This document shows positions 1-27,800 of a DNA stretch of 64,000 nt, in pieces (within the stretch, counting starts at the first letter, position 1; each line of letters starts with the position of its first letter). Below the pieces are notes generated by a model. The model was not told the origin of the DNA and did no database searches. It saw only the letters and a list, made by a program, of their open reading frames with translations. The stretch covers positions 21,452,001 to 21,516,000 of the forward strand of contig CM120641.1 of NCBI GenBank assembly GCA_051362555.1, in the 5' to 3' direction. This DNA is from Lingula anatina (taxonomy: Eukaryota > Animalia > Brachiopoda). Made by a program: the position numbers and the translations under genes.

Positions 1-656
1 AACTTGTTTGTTTTTTTAACAAATAGATATCACAGAAAAGGCAAACAGAACTTGGTGAGAATTAAGATAGCAAGTTGCTTGCAAGTATTTAAAAAAAAAA
101 AAATAATAATAATAATAAAAACAAAAAAAATAAGGGAATAATTAAGAACTGAATAAAATACAGGGCATTGACATACTTATTAACTTTGTCATAGAAAAAA
201 ATGTTACCAAATGATTTACAGCTAAAGACTTTATATACTTTATTATTATTAATTTTATTATTATTATTTTTGAAATGTATACCAATCCTCCCCTTCCTAT
301 CCACTGCCTTCGCCTAACCCCAAATTTCTGGCAGTGACTAACCTCTATAGCTGGTCTTCCCTATATTGAAATCCTGGATCTCTTGAAAATTTAATAATTT
401 GAAGTGCTTCAAAAAAGCATGTGGGTGCCATTAGTTAACATTCAGAATGCCAAGTATATGTGCTGCTCTATATATCAAGAATTTGTTCTGTCTCCAATTT
501 TGGCATAAACATATCTTTAACTTTATCAATTTAAGGAAATATGCGGTTTTGCTGTGTCTTGTGTACCAGAAGTAAGAAATCCCAGACACGATCTCTAAAA
601 CATCCTTTCTACAACAATGACTACATAAGAGAACAAGCATTCCCTTCAACAAACAC

Positions 657-18484
<17,828 letters not shown>

Positions 18485-18986
18485 TATGGCGGTTTTCTGC
18501 AAGATATATATATATGTTTGATTATTTTACATATTTCACATAAGCATGTTTAAAAAACATTTCTTAAATGATGCTTTTAAAAGTCTCATTTGAACATATT
18601 AGAGGGGAAGGCAAAGACAGGGTGCGTTGAAGAATTCAAAGGTTAATAATAAGATGCTCTGTCTGACAAATGATTGCACATTCAGATACGTAATTAAATG
18701 TCTCGGGGATTCCCATGCAATGCTGCCTTGGGAAATTAAAAAGGAAATGTGGTGGGCTGGTTAAAGAGCCTGTCTGTATAGAAAAGCTACACATAATGTA
18801 ACACACTCCGACTGTCAGTGACACTGCGCATCCTAATTTCAACTGTAAATCCACACCTTTTGATTTGTAACGTCGCCCAAAAAGCATTTTCCAAATTCAA
18901 GTTTTCTCATAAAGGATATTTTCAAAATATAATGTTAAAGCAATGAAAACTACCATACCTTTTAAAGATTTAACGAAACACCTTAC

Positions 18987-19319
18987 CTGTTTATGTGTGT
19001 AAATAGTAATTCAGAATTCCTGGCAACTGCCGCCTATCCCAAACAAAAAGACGGCATATCATTGGTTAAAATATTTGCAAAAAAAATCACACATGTCAGG
19101 GAAACGCCAAAAGATATCTATATGATACGTACACTGTAGAAAAACGCTTTATTCCTTTTAGTCAATTAAAATTATTGGCAAATTCCAATTTACGATCAAA
19201 CAATCTTCACTAATCTTGAACTTCCTGTTGAATATTGCAACCAATCAGGTGACGTGGTTCAAATAGACTAAGGGAGTTACAAATAAATACATGCAGAGCA
19301 GATGGCTTGAGGGTAGACG
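18987..19319. promoter_or_regulatory. Bidirectional promoter region between DZANK1 (minus) and PET117/SENP8 (plus)
   Basis: The DZANK1 first-exon donor (minus CAG|GTAAGG at about 18987) and the PET117 ATG (19320) are about 330 bp apart, head to head. Motifs: X-box-like GTTGCCAGGAAT (19016-19027, minus), CCAAT (19241), TGACGTGG (19250-19257). Confidence 0.6.
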
Positions 19320-20517
19320 ATGTCGTCAACAGCATCTAGGTTTTTTCTTGCGGGCGCCATATCTTTTGCAGTCGGGTGCTCTATTTTTGTTTATTTTTCG
19401 GAATCAGAAGCTAAAGCAGTGAGTCAATGAATTACACCTTTAAGGAAATAGACTTTACATATATCAGCAAACTAAGCTTTTCGGTACAACTAGTATTACC
19501 AGTAGTAGTACTTATGCAACCATTGGCATCTATATCACCTGACCATGTGTCTCCAAAACACATTATACATATATAGTTATACATGTAACTTTTTTGTAAG
19601 ACTAGTCATGGATTTTCGATATTTTTCAATATTTATTTATGTGGTGACTTTAGTTCCTTCTGCTATTCAAATTAGTTTTTCAAATTTATTATTCTATATT
19701 ACCTCTGAAATGATCCCCTCTTTCTTGACTTTTGAACATAAAATAAAACGACAATTGGCTTTTCAAACTTTTTCATTTGAATATTAGAAGTTTTGACGAA
19801 AGTCATCTTGAATTTCCCCTGGCATGTGAACATCTAACATAACATAACATCTAACAAAGGAGACTTGTACTTTTTAGAGACACGTGTATAACGTACTGCA
19901 TACTTAAAAATTTTTTTGGGGGGGGGGGGGGGAAGAGAACTTAATAAAAAAAAGCTATGCAGGCCTATTAACCTATATGTCAAAGGCAGGGATGTTTTAG
20001 AACAACTGCACTGATTTGGCATAGAGCTTAGACCAAATTTCTTAATTTAGGATAACAGATCTATTCAAGTGACAGTACTTAAGTCGTCATGTTTTGCTCA
20101 TTTCTAGAGAAGAAAAGCAGGTCCCCTGAGAGATTTGGAGAGGCAGAATCGAAAAAAACAAAATATTGTGGCATTACAGGAACAGCGAAAGTTGCAGGCA
20201 AAGTTAGAGAGGGCATCACAGGAACAACAGGCATGTATAGAATACATTTGTGAGCCACAATGTGTAGCTACAATATTCTGCACCTGTAAAGGAGAGGGGG
20301 CTAGGGGGGAAATGATTTTATTATTTGCAAACACCATGTTTGATGTGTGTGCAAATTAGTTCAGTATGAAAATAGGATTGTAACAAAATTATTGAATGAA
20401 ACTTCGACATCTTTTATCTTAAAAGGCATTAACAAATGCTTTGAAGTTTTGTTTAAGGTGTGTCAAATCAATTTTTTGTCATGTTTTCAATTATTTACTT
20501 TTTAGGATAACAAGTAA
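19320..20517 (+). CDS. PET117: PET117 cytochrome c oxidase assembly factor homologue (about 77 aa, 3 exons)
   Basis: Exons 19320-19418 (GCA|gtgagt), 20108-20230 (ttctag|AGA...CAG|gcatgt) and 20506-20517 give MSSTASRFFLAGAISFAVGCSIFVYFSESEAKA-RRKAGPLRDLERQNRKKQNIVALQEQRKLQAKLERASQEQQ-DNK*. This matches PET117 (human MSRSSKVVLGLSVLLTAATVAGVH...RLRDGVIRDIERQIRKKENIRLLGEQ). The last junction is less certain. Confidence 0.88.
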
Positions 20518-20527
20518 ATGACTTGGG

Positions 20528-21187
20528 ATGAAAAGAATGGCAAGTCAAGGAGACATGGTGTTGAGTTTTCATGACAGTTTGCTCAGGACGAGTGATGTGG
20601 ACACTTTGGTGCCTGGAAACTGGCTGAATGATAACATTATTGCATTTGCTTTTGAATATTTTGAAAAAGTACAATTCAAGTTGCATGAAAAGGATGTGTC
20701 ATTTATCAGCCCAGATGTTACCCAGTTTATTAAACTTAATTGTGGTGATGAACTTGGGATATTTTTAGAGCCGTTGTGCTTGACATCCAAGAAGTACATT
20801 TTCTTGGTTGTTAATGATGAGAGTTCAGCAGCTAGAGCTGGAGGATCACACTGGAGTTTATTAATGTTTTCAAGACCAGAAAATACTTTTTACCACTACG
20901 ATTCTTGTAACAAATCCAATAGTAAATCTGCGAAAGTTGTTGCTATGTCTATAGAAATATTTCTCAGGGCAACTAGAAAAGTACAGTTTAAAAATGAAGA
21001 AAGTCCACAACAGGAAAATACTTGTGACTGTGGAATGTATGCAATTTGCAACACAGAGCTTTTGTGTAAGAAACATTTAGATGAAGATGAAGTGGATTTA
21101 TTTAATACTATTACACCAGAGTATGTGACTAAAAAGAGACAAGAGATGGTGAATCTGATTCATAAATTGGCAAGCACCTCTAAATGA
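20528..21187 (+). CDS. SENP8: Sentrin-specific protease 8 / NEDD8-specific protease 1 (DEN1), single coding exon
   Basis: VLSFHDSLLRTSDV...WLNDNIIAFAFEY, catalytic His in GGSHWSLL, Asp in HYDS and Cys in QQENTCDCGMY are typical of SENP8. The start may be 20537 (MASQGD). AATAAA signals follow at about 21217, 21423 and 21456. Confidence 0.95.
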   Translation: MKRMASQGDMVLSFHDSLLRTSDVDTLVPGNWLNDNIIAFAFEYFEKVQFKLHEKDVSFISPDVTQFIKLNCGDELGIFLEPLCLTSKKYIFLVVNDESSAARAGGSHWSLLMFSRPENTFYHYDSCNKSNSKSAKVVAMSIEIFLRATRKVQFKNEESPQQENTCDCGMYAICNTELLCKKHLDEDEVDLFNTITPEYVTKKRQEMVNLIHKLASTSK

Positions 21188-21860
21188 CATCCACAGATGA
21201 ACATTTGATTAATGCAAATAAAAACATTAAAGTACAACCCTGGCAATGAAACATACAAAATAATGGAAGAGTTTTCAGACAAAAATTTATCAATATTTCT
21301 TCAGCCCATTTTCAATAGTTATTTAAATGTCTAGGGTTTGGGGCAATTTGCTAGTTCATAAGATGATGCTCAATGTCATTTTTTCTTCATCTATATTTTC
21401 GAAGTCAAATATTGACAACCTAAATAAAAAGTGCTCTTATATTGAAAAACCTTGCAATAAAAGTACAATATTGCTGGTGTCAGAATGTCAGCACTTTTTA
21501 TCAATACTCAAAATATGAATAACAGAAATAATGTCTTAAAGAAACAATAAACATGTTTATGAAAATATGAATATTAGAAATGTGACATAATGTAATTTGA
21601 TCATTTGAGTGAATTCCGAATATAATTTTAACAGTCATTAATAAGTTGGTCTTGAAGAAGTACAAGTGTTCAGAATTGAATTTGCATAGTAAATAAACGT
21701 AGTCTAGCTTAGCTCTACATTATATTGCCCTTCTCCTTTGTATTTCCTGGCAAGTTGGAGAAAACCTGTGAAGTTATCTATTGATGCCAGGCATGTTATT
21801 CAGGTAAAATTGGTCTAGTGCAGAAAAGGGTCCATATGCAAACTGAATTCAATACATATA

Positions 21861-22407
21861 TACCCCGTTCACACTACGCTCAGTTATCCGGATAAGTTGC
21901 GAATTAGGTCACAATTCGAATAAATGCAGTAGTGTGAACGCAAGAGGATTTTGAAAATGCGCATTTTCAAAATCCTGCAAGCGAGGTGGATTTCTAAGCG
22001 CGATCCGGATAACTTACCGGAATCGACACCTGTACAGATCTTACTGCGCATGTGTGCAGATAAGTGCGGGTATCTATGAACGCTGGTTTATTACTTTAGC
22101 GATTGCACCAAACGTATTTGGAGGTCACCACTCACTACAACATGAGGAAACAAACTTATTTTGCCACCTTGTACTTCTCAAGAATGCTGGAATGTCTTTT
22201 GAGTTGCATTTGCCGTCACAAATTTTTGTTGATATTTTAAGATTTCCTGTGCGGCGCATGCGCGAGTGTTCAAAACAGGAAGTTAAACCTGAAATTTTCA
22301 ACGTGGGATTCGGATTCGCTTAGCGAGTGTGAACGCAATACCGAATCGGATTCCTTAAGAAAAATCCGAATTATAGAAATGCGCATTTTGGCAACTGTAG
22401 TGGGGTA
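21861..22407. mobile_element. PIF/Harbinger-like MITE between the convergent SENP8 and hydratase 3' ends
   Basis: Begins TACCCCGTTCACACTA and ends TAGTGGGGTA (partly deleted TIR), with ATA on both sides. CpG-rich relative to its flanks; internal GTGTGAACGCAA repeats and the palindrome GGATTTTGAAAATGCGCATTTTCAAAATCC. Confidence 0.7.
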
Positions 22408-22464
22408 ATAATCTTTAAAATCCAGCTTTACATTGGCATGTTGTGAAAGATCCCTTCTTTATGC

Positions 22465-23838
22465 TTACTTTTTCCACTTTCGTGTTCCCATGTCTCTTTC
22501 TTTGACAGCTTGTTTGAAACCCACTTGGTTGGTCCTCTCTTGGAAAGCGACACCTTCTGGGCTGTGTCTGGTCATCCCATCAAATACCGAAGCAAGCCTC
22601 TGTGAAGCAAACAATCCCATTTGTTCAACAGCTTGATTAATAACTTGTTTTTGAAAAAACAACTGGTTAGTTGGGACAGACTTAATTCTGTCTACAAAGT
22701 TATTAACAGTGTCATCAAGTTTATCTGCTTGTACGCTTTTTCCAACTAATCCAATTTTTTCGGCTTCTACTCCATTTATAAGATCCCCTGTAAAAAGCAT
22801 ATATTTTGCTTTCTCTAGCCCAATTCTGTAAACCCACATAGCTGTGGTGGGGCATCCCCACACTCTAGCAGGGGGGTAGCCTATTACTGCATCATCTGCC
22901 ATAAAGATATTATCACAACACAATGCAATGTCACTACCGCCTGCAATTGCATACTTCTCAATTTTACAAACAACAGGTTTCAGACTTCTCCATAATGACA
23001 TGAAGGCAAATGTGCACTCTGACATGAGTGAAAAGTCCAGATAAGGATCCCAAGGCATGGTTTGACTAAAAGGTGTGGTTCCACGCTCTGGTTCTGCAAA
23101 TATCTTCAAATCATATCCTGAGCAGAACACTCCATCCTTCCCAGACAACACCAGTACCTATATTAAAGTTTTAAAAAATTTATTATTAATATTCAAAGTA
23201 ACAGTAACGTATTCAAAATGTCAATTTTTATCCATAAACCTTCCCAATCAAGACCAGTTTCATTAAGTTTAAAGAAATTAAGTTAACTTTATGAATAATA
23301 ATTTAACTGAAAATTTTCTAATTTTAATACCATGTACTAGTATTACTCTCTTACTTTGAAATTGAATTTGATTTTCAGCTGATAAGTATTTTTGCAATAC
23401 AAACATTTTATTTGGATTTTCAATAAAAATGCTCTTTCTGTAAAATAAATTCATAGAAATACGAGACATGCAGATGCCACGTCATACGTGTATGCCTAAT
23501 CATTGCAATGACCTTGAAAGCTAACTAAAGACTCAACAACATACATATTTCCAGACACATGTTTATACCTTTACATTCTCATCCCAATTTGCCAGTTTCA
23601 CAGCATCTTGAATTTCCCCAGGCATGTGCATATCTATAGCATTCAAAACATGTGGTCGATTCAACTGAATGTGGGCAACCTCATCCTTTACATCATAAGC
23701 AACACTTTTAAATGAATCTGGATCAATTTTGTTTGAACTGTGGAAATATTTCATTGCATTTCCTAGCACTGTTTGATGTTTTAACCACAAGGGTATTTCC
23801 CTTCTCTGCCTTCTCAAGCATCTGGCAGCCAAGAACAT
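22465..23838 (-). CDS. Enoyl-CoA hydratase/crotonase family protein, bacterial PRK08272-like subfamily, about 320 aa, 2 coding exons, probable mitochondrial presequence
   Basis: Exons 23569-23838 (MFLAARCLRRQRR...IQLNRPHVLNAID...DENVK) and 22465-23157 (VLVLSGKDGVFCSGYDL...AIAGGSDIALCCD...IGYPPARVWGCPT...), joined by a phase-0 GT-AG intron. Crotonase oxyanion-hole motifs FCSGYDL and AIAGG are present. Confidence 0.9.
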
Positions 23839-24574
23839 GGTGAAATCTATCTTGTAGTCCAAGCAAATGCAGGTGTTTACAGTGGATCCCTAAATGTTGT
23901 CCCCGTAGCCAGTGCAGTGCCTGCCTGGTATATGCTGTACCTGTTCAAAACATTTCCAGGTAAACAACAATTCGGGCACTGGGTCAGAAATGAATGACTC
24001 CTTAAAACAATTACTTTGAATTTGTTATCACAAATGACAATGTTAGTGTTTTTGTACAGTAAATAGAGATAATTTGAATGGATTTATTAATGCAGATTGT
24101 ATATTTACTTGGTTTCCACTGGAAGCAATAATCCTTTCACTCACCTGTCCAGCATTGTCAATTAGAACACATTTTTCAAAATAATACCAGTATATAAACT
24201 GTTGGTATTCAATTCTGTTATTATTTAAAATTAATTAAATAATTTACATGCGTGTCCACTTCACGTACATGTACATGTATACATGCTTTCTTATTTTAGA
24301 TTATTAGTTATCCAGTGGGAACGACAAAAATATGAGTTCTTCTTTATTAATGACTGTTTCCGTACCCTATCAAGGCCACAGCTAGAATAAGACGACTCCC
24401 GTTTACATACTAATTCACATACATGTAATCATCAAAACCAGCAATATTACTCTTCTGTACGTACAAATTATAATCTAAATTTCCCCGCCATTCCCTCTTC
24501 CTCCCCCTTCTGTTTTGTGGTGCTTCCTACATTGTTTTTTCGTCTTAGTCTTTCCATCCCCCTATATAACTTAC

Positions 24575-24803
24575 ACGGTATTTTTCAATGAATACGTTCA
24601 AAACAGAAACCTGATAAACCAAAACCACTTTCGTGCGACGGGACTCGTTGACTCGTGAGACAACAAGAAGTGATACCTGGATTGGTATCGAGGCCTTACT
24701 GTGGATAAATGATATCTCGCTATGACGCTCGAGAAGTAGTGAAAACGAGGTTAAATCATGATCTGAGGCCAGCACGTTAGAGTAAGTGTAATTATTAGAG
24801 AAA
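24575..24803. promoter_or_regulatory. Probable bidirectional promoter of the hydratase (minus) and YLPM1 (plus)
   Basis: Minus-strand donor-like sites at about 24575 (CGT|GTAAGT) and 24145 (CAG|GTGAGT) suggest 5'UTR exons of the hydratase. A locally CpG-rich stretch lies directly upstream of the YLPM1 ATG. Confidence 0.45.
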
Positions 24804-27800
24804 ATGTTTCCCGGTTGGCAACAATGGGGTCAAAACATGACCGGGGTGAATCCTGCTATGGCCAACGTCCAGCCACAGATGCAGATCGGAAGTTTTCCTC
24901 AACAAATGTACTGGGGGTACCAGCAACCTCAGCATCAACAATGGCCAGGGACACAGCCGCCAATGGCATCTGCCGGTGGAGCGCCCGGTCTCTTGGGATT
25001 TGGACCTCCCGGACATCAACTGAATATACAGCCAGGACAACAGGGTATTCCTGGATATGGTGGCATGACACCAGCACCCCCTGTTGAGCCTCCGAAGGAA
25101 GAAAAGCCCCCACTCCCCCCAGAGCCCCAAGCACCAGAACCTCCTCCACCACCAGCTCCTGAAGGGGAAGAGGTAAGATTTTATTATCTCTGTAAAGTCT
25201 GCAGATTATATATTTGCTTGTCTAGTTGAGTAATAATGGTGACTTGAAGTAATATTCCCATCCAAATGCTTTTTTCACACAGAAGCAAGTTTAACAAAGA
25301 GAACTTAAAATTATCACTAATGTTAATAACTGAGATTGCCCAGGGTTTCATTTTGTATCTCCTAACTTCAATCTTATGTTACAATTTGTTTTATACATTT
25401 TCATTTAAGTGAAACAAAACTTTCTTCTTGTAAAACTAGCACACATGTTTTATCAATATTTTCATTTTCCTTTATAGAATCTAGGTCCAAAAGATTCAAG
25501 AGAGGCAGAGAAGTTAACCAATTTACAACAGCAAGCTCAGCAGTGGCAAAAACAGAAGCAGTGGGAAGAATATACACAAAGCTGGTACTCCTATCAGCAA
25601 CAGATGCAGCAGTATATGCAAAGTTAGTTTCATCATTACAATACACTGTATAATGCTTGTGTATGTGGCATGAGTTGAATGTTCTGTTGTGTGACTGCAA
25701 TACTTTGATTGCTCTTGTCTTTTCAAATACACAATAATTTGAGGGACTAAATGTTTGTTGCAAAATTAGGGCCTGTGGGTACTGTTGTTTTTTATGGTTT
25801 CTTAAAGTGAGACAATATAGTGAGGTTTTATTCAGTCAGTCTTCTATCAATATTCATCTTTGTACTAAATATGCTTTTCGTTGGATTGGTATATTTTATA
25901 ATTTTCATTATTACTTTTTAAAGACCACACAATGGATGACATACTAAAAGAAGAGCAGGAATTCAACCAACAATATAAAGATTGGAAGCAGCAGTATGAG
26001 GATTGGAAGGAACAAAACAAAAGTATTGATTTACAATAGAAATTTATAACAATAATTGTTTTTCTTGATTGCATATTTTTATACAACATAGAAAATAGTG
26101 TGTTGACACTGATAATGCTTTGATAATGATTCAAAATTGTTGATTTCAATAATCTTTTTTATTTTTTTATCTACTTATTTATTTATTTATTTATTGCAAC
26201 AAAAGAAAAAGATCTTAGTGAACAGGTGTCTGTATGAGTAAACATGTATTTAATAGTATTAAATGATTGCTTTTTGATCAGATCACCCGAACCAAGAACA
26301 GTATCAGCAATATGCCAATCAGTGGAAGGAATATGAACAACAAATGGAAGAAAAACGTCAGGAGATTGGACAGAGGAAAGAATATTTTGAGCAACACCAG
26401 GGAGCTCAAAAAGGTGAACCTGGAATGCAACCAGGTCAAGTACCACCAGGTCAAGGTCACCCAGGTCAAGGTCAGTTCAATCAAGGACCCCCACAGGGAG
26501 ATGGCCAGGGACCTCCTCCAACTCCTAATCAATTGCAGAATCAAGGTAGATTCCCTGGACCAGGAAATGAAAGATTTACGGGGCCACGCCCCCAGGAAGG
26601 GAGGGGTTTAGGGCCTAGAGGACCACGCTTTGATGGCCCTAGAGGAAGAGGAAACAAGTTTGGTGGCCCTGGAAACAGATTTGATGGCCCAAGGGGAAGA
26701 GGCAGGGGTCAAGACCAGACAAGATTTGGTCCTCCCCAGCAGCAGGGAGGTCCTAGGTTCCAAGCACCACAGCAAGGACAGCAACAGAGGTTTCCTCCTT
26801 CAGGGCAGCAGCAGAGGTTTCAAAGTCCAAATGAACAACAGAATTCTGATGCTAATTTTGATGATCAAATGGACATTGAGGATGAGAATGAGACGCAAAA
26901 TGATGTAAATCAGTCTGGTTTAGGACAGTTTCAGCATTCTCAGGGTCCTCAGGACCAGCATATGTTTAGAGGTCCTGGACAGCAGGGGCCTAGAGGTCCA
27001 AGGGGTCCAGGCATGCAGGGACCAAGAGGACCTGCTGGACCAAGGGGCCCTCAACAGCAAAGACCACGTGGGCCTTCACAGTTGGGGCCTAGAGGACCTG
27101 TTCAACAAGGGCCTAGAGGCGCCATCAAACAAGGACCAAGGGGTCCTAACCAGGAAGGCCCAAGAGGCCCTAGAGATCCTACTCAACAAAGTCAAAGAGG
27201 CCCTAGGCCTAGGGGACCTGGTCAACAAATGTCCACTAGGCCAGGGGCGCCAGGGCCTAGAGGACGTTTTGAGATGGGCAACAAAGGTCCGAGATTTAGT
27301 GCTCCAGGAGGACCTAGATTCCAGAATGCTAATCAGATTAGTGCAAGTCCTGCTGAAACACAGAATACCAAAGGTGCTGCACAGCAGGCACCATCAGGGG
27401 TGGTTTCTCTCTTGGACTTAACATTTGATGAATCAAAAATGAAGGCATTAAATAAGAAAAATGTAGGTAGTGAACAGCAGAATTTAAGTGAAGGAGGACA
27501 GCCTCAGAGATCTGGTCCCCCTGGCAGAGGGCCAGGTGACAACCAGCAAAATAGAGCGCCACAAGGTGGACAAGGAAATACACAGACTGGCACTGTACAA
27601 CAGAGGCCCAACCAAAATCAAAAAAATCTAAACCAGTCTGATTCTCAGGGGCAAAACGAAAATAAGTCAGAAATGACGAAGTCTAAGGATAGCACTGTGA
27701 AGAATGGGTTAGTTTTGCATAGAGTATTTACCATTTTTCAGTGTAATTTACTGCACAGATTGTATTGTTTTTAGTTTATTTCTTCAATACTAGTGATGTG

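Noticed and set aside
20135-20359. Standalone 74-aa ORF from the track
   Set aside because: Its first part is PET117 exon 2 (non-ATG start); the remainder is most likely intronic read-through.
20108-21187. PET117-SENP8 fusion protein
   Set aside because: Stops at 20515-20517 (PET117 frame) and 20519-20521 (SENP8 frame) block read-through from the acceptor at 20506.
26970-27330. Collagen-like Gly-Pro-Arg repeats
   Set aside because: The Gly-X-Y register is repeatedly broken, there is no signal peptide, and the exon splices in frame into nuclear YLPM1.
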